A stretch of DNA of 64,000 bases from Octopus sinensis (taxonomy: Eukaryota), in the NCBI RefSeq assembly GCF_006345805.1, contig NC_043001.1, forward strand, positions 108,066,001 to 108,130,000. Direction: 5' to 3'. The first letter of the stretch is position 1. Each line of letters starts with the position of its first letter. The notes under the pieces were generated by a model. The model saw nothing but the letters and a program-made list of their open reading frames with translations, was not told where the DNA came from and made no database searches. Position numbers and translations under genes: made by a program. Of this stretch, positions 51,170 to 61,563 are shown in pieces.

Positions 51170-52043
51170 GCCGCCCTCTGCTGATGAGTTTTATTGTTCA
51201 TGTCGAAGCTCGTGTTCACATTGCTTGTCATTGATGTTCTGCTGGTTTGCTTACTTAGTCGCAATGAAACGAGGTTGTCGAAATTCCTGTTGGTAGTGTT
51301 ACTATTTATACCATAAATTTTTACTCTTTGATTCGATTTGGATTCTTGGCACGATATGTTGAGCAGCCTCTTGACTGCTTTAACGAACTCTTTGCTGCCG
51401 ATCCAGTACACTAAGAACCCTGAACTGGAATGTGAATGCACCAGAAGGGCCACGAATAGATACACTTCTTCCTGTAGTTCATCCTTTGGATCGCATGCGA
51501 TAACAAACACATATGGACACCAGCAAAACATAAAAACCGTAAAGAGAAGGAAAATCGTTCGGGATGTTCGGAGAGTTTCAGCCAACCAAGATTTCTTTCC
51601 TCGGATCTGGTTGCTATCGCTAAGTTTACATATATCCATTTTAGTCTTCTGTATCTTTCGTAGGATCAACAGGTTGAGAACACCGACTGACAAAAGCGGT
51701 GACATGATAAGTACAAGCGTTATGTACAAAGTATAAGCGTGGTTGGCCACCCTGTTCCAAACACACGCATGTTGTTTAAAGTCGTATTCGTGACCACCCA
51801 AGCCGAATATATTGCCCGATTCCAACAGGAAGGAAACTAGCCACACCAAAAAGATGGTTGATAGGGAATTTCGTCGATTGAACACCTTCCCACACATTTG
51901 ATTGTGACAAACGAAAATATACCTGTTGATAGTTGCCATGGATAAATTGAGGATGGCGCAGACACAGGCCGTGAAACAAAGCGAACTGACGAATTTACAG
52001 TAGATTGATCTCCTTCGAAAGAACTCTTCGCCTTTGATTACAC
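51109..52043 (-). CDS. Melatonin-receptor-like class A GPCR, coding exon 2 (TM3-TM7, C-tail, stop)
   Basis: Acceptor ttttccag|GT at 52044/52043 matches the exon 1 phase (AIG|VIKGEEFF). Contains TM3 ...INRYIFVCH (NRY), ECL2 Cys (HACVW), TM6 FCWCPY and TM7 HSHSSSGFLVY, with TGA at 51111-51109. Spliced CDS is 1269 nt = 422 aa; intron 52044-60883. Confidence 0.95.
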
Positions 52044-52232
52044 CTGGAAAAGAATACAAAGGAAATATCAAACAGTACTTCTGAAATCGGATGTGTGTGT
52101 GCGTGCGTGTGTGTGTACCCGCGTGCACATTATGTGTAAGAGAATGTGTGCTAGTGTCTCTGTATATATGTATGTATTATGGAGAGAGAGACACGTAGAA
52201 TCTCTGTTGGCCTTCATAAACATGCTCTTCAT

Positions 52233-52470
52233 GGAGCTTGAGCGGTTTAAGTCAGCGCTAGAAGAAAAACGATCATCTTTCGTTTCAAGACGAAAAGTGT
52301 TCTTCATCAGGATAATGCTCGGCACATACAGCGAGGATGACATTCCAAAATCTAGATCAGTTTGAATGGAAAATGATGCCCCACGCACCATATTCGCTGG
52401 ACATTGCCTCATCCTGATTATCATTTATTCTGCAGTCTTCAAAATCATTTGGACGGAAAAAAAGGGTAAA
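52233..52470 (+). mobile_element. Mariner transposase fragment (same family as 56773)
   Basis: High nucleotide similarity to about 57535-57770 (QDNAR, PYSLDIA). Confidence 0.8.
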
Positions 52471-52484
52471 AAAAAGGGGGTAAA

Positions 52485-53330
52485 AATGTCCTGGACCTCT
52501 GCTTCACAAATAATACGGCGCTTATCCATAATGTGACATCGACGATTGTCTCGGACCATATCTTAATAGAACTAACAATGTGTGAGCTACATAAAAATTG
52601 CAGACACGCACAGTACTAGAAGCACCCAATTCCTCCCAAGCCTGAACTTTCATAAAGCAGATTGGAAGGGTATGTATTCAGAAAGAGATCATGGAACGAA
52701 ACTGGTCTACCAGTCTCACTACGTACGATATTTACATAGAGTAGCATTTTATGAGAATTATGCATGGCATACGAATTCAGTTTTCTCCAGAGAGAATGTT
52801 AAACCAACGGAAAAATATAATCCCCATGGATAGGAAGATTTAATGAGACAATAAGCAAAGCTCTCAAACCGTCTAAATGGGCCCCTAAAGGATAGCAAAG
52901 GGTCCTATCTCAAACAGACATTGCTCGAGATCGAAAATTAACTCAAACTCTCCCATGAAAAGAGGAGGGCAGAAAAAGAAGTCAAGGGTGTCAAAAATAT
53001 AAAGACAAACTCAGAAGCATTGTATAGACTTGCAAAAGAGTCTGCTTCAGAGCGGTACAAGATAGGGTTACTGCTCGAGAAAAATGGCTCACCGACTGCA
53101 GACCCTTAGAATGCGCAATACAGCAATGTTTTCACACCTCCGTTAGGACACTTGCAAATAGCCATGCCAGATAAGTTCTTCGGCACCACAGCTCTACATA
53201 AAGCGGTCGCAATTATTGATAACCTCGAAATAGAGGAAACTGATGTAATATCGGCCATTGATGAAATGAGCTCAATCTCAGCCAGAGGCCCTGATCGATT
53301 TCCAGTAGTCCTCCTAAAGAAATACAAAGG
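52485..53330 (+). mobile_element. CR1/L2-group LINE ORF2 fragment (endonuclease end to pre-RT linker)
   Basis: LDLCFTNN, NFHKADW and IDEMSSISARGPDRFP motifs with stops and frameshifts. Confidence 0.7.
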
Positions 53331-54212
53331 GTCTCATTCTTCGTTGATGAAGCACACGTCGTTTCGATCCGTACGCCGGTCAAATATTTCTGTAACTGTT
53401 TTTAAAAACATAAAGCCCGCTTTGTTTTTAGTACTACGGACCAGTATTACTTTCTTTTCTTTGGAATTATTCCTAGGGGACGCAAACACTGTCTTTCATA
53501 ATACACCTTCACCGCGTAGGTTGTTATTTGTCTATTCATTTATTTATTTACCTGTTATTCATTTTACAATAAAATAAGTTTTAAGTTTCGTTTAACAGAA
53601 GTTTACAAATTGATTGTTATGTTTACTAACAATATTTTACGTATATTTACATTCAAAATGGCCACCTTTAGCTTTCACCATAGCTCTTAGCCTTTTCTCA
53701 ACAGAAATGCACGACTTATCATGTTTACATAATGGGTAAATATAGTTGCTGCACCCAGTAATTATTTTTCCGAAGCTGACTCATATCAATGCTCACAAAC
53801 CATGTACATTTGTTTAAAATTTACACTTTCGACTTTTATTTTTGGTAAGGTGTGAATGTCTTTATTTACAAAGGTGCCCACTCCTGCAATTTTTTTCGAT
53901 TTAATGATGTTTTTTCAGACGAATATGTTTTTAAGCGTGTTTACTGCTACGAGGTTTTTGACTAGAGTTCTCTTCCCATTACCCAAGACCTACATATCTT
54001 AACTCGTAAAAAAATACTTGTACAACTATTAATATGTAAAAAATATACAATCATGAGGTATTCTATCCGTCAAAATAATAAGGTGAATGTTCAAATATCT
54101 TTAACATACCATGTCTCCCTCTCTCCTTCTCTCTCTCAAAATGTGACCGCGTGTGTACCGTTGGCGATTTTTTTCCTCCGTCTTCCCTTCTTTGGATCTT
54201 TCCTTTTCCTAT

Positions 54213-54247
54213 GTTTCTGACGAAGAGCTCCGCTCGAAACGTTAAAC
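54213..54247 (+). ncRNA. Type I minimal hammerhead motif (family H2), antisense in GPCR intron
   Basis: GTTT-CTGACGA-A-GAGC(tcc)GCTC-GAAAC-GTT-AAAC; palindromic helix III AACGTT. Confidence 0.72.
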
Positions 54248-54353
54248 CTTCCTTCTTCCCTTCTTTCCTGAGCGTCCAATAACACTATACTTGTTCCACG
54301 TCCTCACGTTGTTGTGTTTTCTCTTTGTGTTTTCATGTTTGGATTAACCAACT

Positions 54354-54403
<50 letters not shown>

Positions 54404-54408
<5 letters not shown>

Positions 54409-55262
54409 TTTGATCACTTTGACCGACCAGTACGTCAGGCGTCCATTTGACACCGCTGGTCACAGCCCGCTGTCCACTCCTCTTTGGATCGCGCCTTTCT
54501 CATCCACGTGATCCCAATCGTCCTCCTGAAATCGTAATTCCACCGTCGCGGAGGTCTTCCGGGTGGTCTTTTCCGCTCATGCTGACGGAGCTCGACATCA
54601 AAAGTTCTGCAGTAGGTCTCAAGATGAACCGCATGAAAACAAAGGTCGAATGGTGATCGGCAGTGATGAAATAGAGGAGGTGAGAGAATATGTCTACCTG
54701 GGACAGGAAGTAAATATGTGCCGGGATATCAAAAGGAGATCTCACGGAGAGTAAGGGCCGGATGGAAGGCGTTCAATGGCATAAGGGATGTGCTCAAGGG
54801 AAGGTTGGACAGGAACACCCGCACCAACCTCATTAACAGTGCAGTTCTGCCTGCAATGTTATATGGTAGTGAAACATGGGCTACCACAAAGAGAGAAGAG
54901 CAAAGAGCGTTGCGTTTATAGATTATGAGAAAGCCTTCGATAGCGTCGAAACCAACGCAGTGCTGAACTCGCTGCAGAGGCAAGGAATCGAAGCGCAATA
55001 TGTGCAGCTGCTCAGAGAGGCAAATTCCGGATGCACCACCGACATAGCTCTACTGTCATCACCCATACGAGTGCCGGTCGAGAAGGGAGTGAAGCAAGGA
55101 GATACAATCTCCCCAAAACTTTTTCACTTCATGTCTCGAACAGATCATCAGAGGCATCGAATGGCAAGGTGGTGTCAACATCAATGGCGAGCTCCACACT
55201 CACCTCCGTTTCGCTGACGACATCGTACTCATCGCTGAAAACATGGATCAGCTTCAGACCAT
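54404..55262. mobile_element. Rearranged RTE LINE fragment (inverted 3' end + permuted RT segments)
   Basis: 54404-54575 (-) is the RTE 3' end (GKRPPGRPPRRW). 54579-54909 (+) reads MLTELD...YVYLG...YGSETW. 54910-55262 (+) reads AFIDYEKAFDSV...GVKQGD.ISP...FADDIVL. Confidence 0.85.
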
Positions 55263-55283
55263 ATATATATATATATATATATA

Positions 55284-55949
55284 AATAGTTATCGCCATAC
55301 TAATATGGCATTCTTATAAAAATAAGAAAAAAGCTGTCCGCTTATTAGCTCCATGAGGCCATCGCCTTAAGTTAGCTATTTGATACACAAACTGTATCCA
55401 TATAACCTTCGAACAAGGGAGGTCAGTCGCTCCACACTACTTGACCGGCAGCTACAGACGCGTTTCGGGGTATTGCCCCTTTTTTCTTATTTTTATAAGA
55501 ATGCCATATTAGTATGGCGATAACTATTATTTTCCGGGAACGCTGCCGCTGTTCTCTTTTAGAGAGACTTAGTTATTTTAATATTTCTATTATTGAAAAC
55601 AAGTGGATGTATTCCACCGAAACTAGGTAAATAAAACCATCGAACAGAGATTGTCGGAAGCGACACCTACTGGCTGGCTACGCTGCATTGAAAAGGGGCA
55701 ATACCCCGAAACGCGTCTGTAGCTGCCGGTCAAGTAGTGTGGAGCGACTGACCTCCCTTGTTCGAAGGTTATATGGATACAGTTTGTGTATCAAATAGCT
55801 AACTTAAGGCGATGGCCTCATGGAGCTAATAAGCGGACAGCTTTTTTCTTATTTTTATAAGAATGCCATATTAGTATGGCGATAACTATTATTTTCCGGG
55901 AACGCTGCCGCTGTTCTCTTTTAGAGAGACTTAGTTATTTTAATATTTC

Positions 55950-55955
<6 letters not shown>
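55284..55955 (+). mobile_element. Young HHR element: 200-bp inverted copy + 362-bp unit + 114-bp direct repeat, in (TA)n inside GPCR intron
   Basis: 55284-55483 is the reverse complement of 55691-55890, identical by eye. 55480-55593 is repeated at 55842-55955. (TA)n on both sides. Confidence 0.9.
55682..55729 (+). ncRNA. Type I hammerhead motif with U3-A8 variant core (family H4)
   Basis: GCTGCA-TTGAAAA-GGGG(caata)CCCC-GAAAC-GC-GTC-TGTAGC: stem I 6 bp, extendable across a 3x1 internal loop (CTGGC 55674-55678 / GCCGG 55725-55729), palindromic helix III ACGCGT, GUC triplet at 55715-55717. Confidence 0.78.
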
Positions 55956-56002
<47 letters not shown>

Positions 56003-56065
56003 TATATACATACATATATATATACAAAGGGATTTGTATGATTGTGTATAGAAGAATATATTACT

Positions 56066-56425
56066 CAAAGGAATTCCAACTCTGTCTGTTTTTTATATTT
56101 TATTTATATTCTTATAATATTAATATAGGATATAGAATATATAATAAGAAAGAAATGAAATGAAGTATTGATTGTCTTACTGAACAAATGGAATATTGAA
56201 GATTAAATATTAAATGTCTATTCTCATTGAACTAGCAAATTCTTTCTTGTATTTAAGCATTCATCAGGTTCAGATTGTGACAGGAACGCCTCGACTGTGA
56301 ATCAATACTTCATTTCATTTCTTTCTTACTATATATTCCATATTCTATATCCTATATTAATATTATAAGAATATAAATAAAACCTAAAAAACAGACAGAG
56401 CTGGAATTCCTCTGAGTAATATAAT
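56066..56425. mobile_element. Fold-back element family H11 (GPCR intron)
   Basis: Arms about 56066-56172 and 56293-56425 are reverse complements; HHR-like motif in the spacer. Confidence 0.7.
56228..56272 (-). ncRNA. Degenerate hammerhead motif (family H11), sense in GPCR intron
   Basis: Reverse complement: TGAAC-CTGATGA-atgcttaaatacaa-GAAAG(aatttg)CTA-GTTCA. Perfect core and 5-bp stem I, poorly paired stem II. Confidence 0.55.
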
Positions 56426-56532
56426 ATATATATATATAATTTGGGTGAATAAATGTCATTGTTCAAAGAGTAATTCTCCACGTTATTAGTTTGAATTAAG
56501 CTTTGTAGTGGTAGTAGTAAATCTTGTATTAT

Positions 56533-56582
<50 letters not shown>

Positions 56583-56605
56583 TATATATATATATATATA
56601 AACTG

Positions 56606-56690
<85 letters not shown>

Positions 56691-56692
56691 AA

Positions 56693-56746
<54 letters not shown>

Positions 56747-56772
56747 GGGGGAAGAGAGAGAGAAAGAGAGAG

Positions 56773-57975
56773 AGTCATCTCATAAATAATGCGGTTTTTT
56801 CAATTGCATGAGCTAAAAGTTGTATGGGGGCAGGATAAACTACCTGCATCAACTTGCTATAAAAGCAGGTAGTAATTTTACCATGTACTTATTCTTAGTG
56901 CAAATTTTAAAGAGTGCAGTTCGATTTTAACATTTATTTTTCCAAAGCTATAATGGAAGTGACAAAAGAGCATATTTTGATTTATGAGTTCAATAAAGGC
57001 AACAACGCAACGGGAAGTGCGAGGAATATTAATGCAGTATGTGGAAATCGAACAATAAGCGTAAGTAGAAATTCCGAGCCGCAAACTACAGCCTTGTCCT
57101 GGAAGATCTTGCAAACTCTAGGGGAAAAATCCCATCACAAGTGTTGAGGAACTTGCAGAGAAGCTTGAATTTGGTCATTCAACCATTCATCGACACCTGC
57201 ATACCATCGGAAAAGACAGCAAATTGGGTCAATGGGTTCCTCACAAACTTCCCGAGTCTAATCACGCGCAGAGAGTGAATGAGTGCTCTTCTTTGCTTTC
57301 ACGTCTCAGGAATGAACTTTTTTGGAACCGAATAGTGACTGGAGACAAGAATGGGTTCTCTATAAAAATTACAAGCGCCGAAGACAGTGGGCAGAGAAAG
57401 GAGAAACGCCGGCACCCCAGGCTAAAGGCCTTCCCCCACGTAAGATGTTGTTGTCTGTTTAGTGGAATATGAAAGGTTTAGCCCACTTTGAACTTTTAAA
57501 CTCAAACCAAACGATAACAAAGGAGATCTACTGCGAGCAGCTTGAGCGGTTGAAGTCAATGCTAGAAGAAAAACGACTCTCTTTGGTTTCAAAACGAAAG
57601 GTGTTTTTCCATCAAGATAATGCTCGGCCATATAGAGCGAGGATGACATTCCAAATGCAGAATCAGTTTGAATGGGAAACGATGTCCCACGCACCATATT
57701 CGCCGGACATTGCCTCATCCCGATTATCATTCATTCCGCAGTCTTCAAAATCATTTGGATAAAAAAAATCTGAATTCTGTAGACAAGGTCAGAACAGTAC
57801 TGGAGGAGTACTTTTCGTCACGGACAATTGGATTCGTCACGGACAGATAGATGGAAGAGCATTGTAGAAAATGAAGGAGGGTATATTTTAGATTAAAAAA
57901 GAACTTTACCTATCTTAATTTTGAAAAATAAAAGAAGCGTAATAAAACCGTATTGTTTATGGGATAGATCGTTAG
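56773..57975 (+). mobile_element. Decayed mariner transposon with both TIRs
   Basis: WVPHKL, IVTGDK, FHQDNARP and HAPYSPDIA motifs across frameshifts. TIR cores ctcataaataatgcggtttt / aaaaccgtattgtttatggg match 17/20. Confidence 0.88.
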
Positions 57976-58022
57976 CCACTAAACCTTTTTCTATTTTTCT
58001 CTCCCTGTTTATGTTTGTGTTC

Positions 58023-58058
58023 CTTTCTGTCGAAGAGCGTACGCTGGAAACGTAACAG
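58023..58058 (+). ncRNA. Degenerate hammerhead-like motif (family H7)
   Basis: CTTT-CTGTCGA-A-GAGC(gtac)GCTG-GAAAC-GTA-ACAG; U at core position 6. Related decayed copies at about 33770-33800 (-) and 9445-9462 (-, core missing). Confidence 0.38.
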
Positions 58059-58134
58059 ACTTTCTGACTCCCGAACATTAAACTAACACATCTGTTTGTT
58101 GTTTACACATCCGTCTTCGTCTTTTTGTAAATTC

Positions 58135-58228
<94 letters not shown>

Positions 58229-58229
<1 letters not shown>

Positions 58230-58450
58230 TTTATTTAAAGCAGCAGAAAATTCAACAAAATCTGTTACTCTGAGTTTCTCGTTGCCGTTCATCAGACAGT
58301 TTTTGCTCGAATAGCAAAAACTGTCTGATGAACGGCAACGAGAAACTCAGAGTAACAGATTTTGTTGAATTTTCTGCTGCTTTAAATAAAGCATATTACT
58401 CTACCACTGGTATTTGAGTACTCTTTTTTCCACCTTGTTTTACATTATGT
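58229..58450 (+). mobile_element. Fold-back HHR element family H3 (perfect 79-bp arms, 5-nt loop, one-sided tail)
   Basis: 58229-58307 is the exact reverse complement of 58313-58391. The tail aataaagcatatta...gagtact is shared with the copy at 23563-23750. (TA)n on both sides. Confidence 0.85.
58321..58358 (+). ncRNA. Hammerhead motif (family H3), present on both strands of a perfect palindrome
   Basis: CTGT-CTGATGA-ACG(gcaa)CGA-GAAACTC(a)GAGTA-ACAG: GNRA loop in stem II, A-A at the closing pair, GUA triplet. Mirror at 58262-58299 (-). Confidence 0.68.
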
Positions 58451-58468
58451 GTTTACTCCGTATATATA

Positions 58469-58507
<39 letters not shown>

Positions 58508-58509
58508 AA

Positions 58510-58880
58510 TGTTTTATCAAAAGGTATCGGGATTGGTGCTATATAAAAGAAAACTATAATATATTTCAATTTGGTATTTAATGTCCTTCGAAGGTGACCC
58601 TTTCTGAGGCCACTCACTTTATCCAGCGCCGTTTCCAATGATGAAAGCATTCCTGGAACTCTTTTTGGTTGGATAGCTAGCAACTGCCTCTTCGCATCTC
58701 GGCATCTTGTTGGCGTTTTCTACAGCAATGACTAAGCTTTGGTTTCGGTGTCATGACCATGAATGCACGATTCGTCACCTGGTATGACCATTTTCAAAAC
58801 GTTTCCGTATTTCTTGACACTCTCAAGGATATCCTGAATAGCTGAAACACGATCTTTTTTTTTTCTCGAGACGACCACAC
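58510..58880 (-). mobile_element. Second mariner-family remnant
   Basis: Minus strand GDESCIHGHDTETK and W.RC...GHLEG-like end. Confidence 0.55.
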
Positions 58881-59876
58881 TCAATACACTTTACTTCCAA
58901 ACACAGCTATAAAACAACGGAAGTGGGCGCGAACGTTATAACTTAGTTCGATCCGTCCCAAACGACTTCACTCTGCGTACTCTAGCTCCGTCACCGTAGC
59001 ACCAGTCACGATATTTTCTGATGAAACCATATGTATGTGTGTGTATGTAAGCAATTATGGAGATAAGCTAATTAGACCCATCAATTATATTAAATATATA
59101 TTAAGTACATCAAATACAAAATATGTACCACTACTAAGTGGCTTCTATACTGGGAATATCTGGATCTGATCTCATCTGTGAATTATATGTGTGGATGTGT
59201 GTGTGTGGGTATGCGATGGTTTTCTTTTCTTTTTTTTTTAAGCAGCGTCGATTTTTACAATTCTGTAAATAATAATAATAGTATTTTATAAGCTTAAAGC
59301 TTCTATGCGATCGCCGTGCAATGACTAAAGAAAATAGTCTAATAATGGGGCATATAAGCCCTCGACGGAAAAAAGTAGGTTTTCCCGTACATGTGGGAAT
59401 TTAGTTGGAACCAGCTCTATTATGTAAACATTTTCAATGTCACATAATGTATGTGTGTAGTTAAAAGCTTTTAGGCTGCAATATTTCCTCCAGGAAATAT
59501 TCCGGACAAAACACCGCAGCCTAACAGCGTTTAACAACAGACATATATTATGTGATATCGATAATATTTACGTTATAGTGCTGCTTCTAACACTAAATTT
59601 GAATTTTGATTTACTTGTACAGCGTTATTTCATATCAGTAGATAGATTTTACGCTTTCTCCATATACTACAGGCCAGTGATTCGAATTCGTTTCGAGGGT
59701 GAATCGTGTACACGGTACCAGTGAGCAGAAATAATTGCGGAATATTGATGTGTCGTTCACCTCCGAGACGGTTCGCTTTGCTTGGCTTTGGTGTATACTT
59801 GCTTTTAACCTACTACCTCTTAAAAGAGACCTTCCCTGTACGAAATACCGCTGCGTTTAATAGCACACATTTAGCA

Positions 59877-60377
59877 CAGTAATCATTCGCCATATCGCGG
59901 TTCACCTATCGCGCCCTCAGTACATCGCAGATTCTTCTGGCTAATATATGTGAATTTATATCACGGACTCCTCAGTATATCGCAGGTTTCTGCGGCAGAC
60001 AGGTATTTATATTTTTTTAGATTTTAATTATTTCTGTGGTAAAATAAGCATTTTCACGCCTAAAAATTAATGAATTAATAAATAAAAAATACAGTACAGT
60101 ACTGCACTATATAACACATTAATTAAAATATGTTAACAGAAAATACCTAGTGTACCATAGATGAGTAAACAAAGAATCACACATACTGTATGGAAAACGA
60201 ACCCTGGGAGGCGAGTGTGTGGTGTTGCTTTGCATTTATAATAAGATAAATATACACAAATTACGAAACTTATTTTTAAAATATATGTACAGTACAGTAC
60301 TGTTTCTTCTTGGGCGGATTTTCACCTATCGCGGGAGGTTTGGGGATGTAACACCCACGATAGTCGAGGGCTTACTT
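59877..60377 (+). mobile_element. Tigger/pogo-like non-autonomous element
   Basis: cagtaatc..tcgccatatcgcggttcacctatcgcg end and cgatagtcgagggcttact end; opposite-orientation relative at 29002-29239. Confidence 0.6.
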
Positions 60378-60408
60378 TATATGTGATTTTATACGTGTAT
60401 GTATGTAT

Positions 60409-60453
<45 letters not shown>

Positions 60454-60456
<3 letters not shown>

Positions 60457-60591
60457 GGTCCCGGGTTGAGTCGGGGTTAACCACAGTAAATAAGGTACTC
60501 AATACATAGAGTAAATTAATTTATTTTGTAGAAGGAGCTTCTTTTGAATGAAACGGTCCTAGTTCTGTAGAAGCTCCTTCTACAAAATAAA
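60454..60591. mobile_element. Second H9 copy with a different fold-back point (GPCR intron)
   Basis: Same extension as 33143. Arms 60520-60542 / 60569-60591; ribozyme core lost at the junction. Confidence 0.75.
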
Positions 60592-60594
60592 TAA

Positions 60595-60651
<57 letters not shown>

Positions 60652-60883
60652 ATATGTATGTATGTACGTATGTATGTATGTATGTATGTATGTATGTATG
60701 CATGCACGTACGTACGTACGTTTGTATGTATGTATGTATGTATGTATGCATGCATGCATGCATGCATACACACAAAGACACGTGTGTGTGTGTGAAACAA
60801 AGTGACAAGAACATGAATAACATTAGCTTCAAGTAGGCAAGAAGAAGAATGAAAATCGATTTAGAAAGTTCTTGGAAACTTAC

Positions 60884-61217
60884 CAATAGCACAGGCTGGC
60901 AGGCTGACATAATTAACGCACATGTCGGCCAAACAGAGGTTCATCAGAAATATTCGCCCGACTTTATTTAGCTTTTGGTTCTTGTAATGAATAATGAAGC
61001 TGATAGGATTGGTGATCATACCGAAGCTGGATACGGTAAGCAATATTATGAGGTAGATTATGGCTAAGATTGGTTTAGTCTGCAGGAGAGGAGTTCTGTA
61101 TATAACAGGTGCCGTTGAGTTGAGAGGAGACACTGTGACCACAGAATTTGATGTCATGTCTAGGGTGAAGAACGACATGTTAGATGTGGTCAGGTCATGA
61201 AGTAAATCGAATATCAT
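60884..61217 (-). CDS. Melatonin-receptor-like class A GPCR, coding exon 1 (N-terminus, TM1-TM2)
   Basis: acc-ATG at 61217. N-glycosylation sequons NMS and NST, hydrophobic TM1 ending MITN, TM2 FLMNLCLADMCV. Donor ATT G|GTAAGT at 60884/60883 (phase 1). Confidence 0.92.
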
Positions 61218-61422
61218 GGTGAGACGAACGGAGACGGAGTTCGATATGAGGCCACAGCACGGAAACTGAACTCCAGTAACAGACTGAAAAATAGAAATAA
61301 TGGTTTAATAGTTCTGTATTTGCGATGTAATCGACTTAATCCCTTTGTCTGTCCTTGTTTGTCCCATCTATGTTTAGCCCCTTGAGAGCAATAAAGAAAT
61401 AAGAAGTTAGTTCGTCACAGAG

Positions 61423-61563
61423 TTAGCCGTTTACAGCGGAGTGGATGGCAGTAACGCGAAATGAAATGTTTTACTCAAGAACACAACGCACTGCTTGGTC
61501 CGGGAATCGAACACACGATCCTGTGATCGTGAGTGTTACACTCTAACCACCGGGCCACGCACC
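61423..61563 (-). mobile_element. tRNA-SINE head 2 fragment about 200 bp upstream of GPCR ATG
   Basis: Reverse complement: TGGCCCGGTGG...GTTCGATTCCC...atccactccgctg. Confidence 0.7.

Noticed and set aside
51338-51736. Antisense ORF (132 aa) over the GPCR
   Set aside because: Shadow frame of the coding strand; no independent features.
52044-52128. N-terminal MHAGTHTRTH... of ORF 51109-52128 as the GPCR start
   Set aside because: Intronic (CA repeat and polypyrimidine tract); the true TM1-TM2 come from the exon at 60884-61217.
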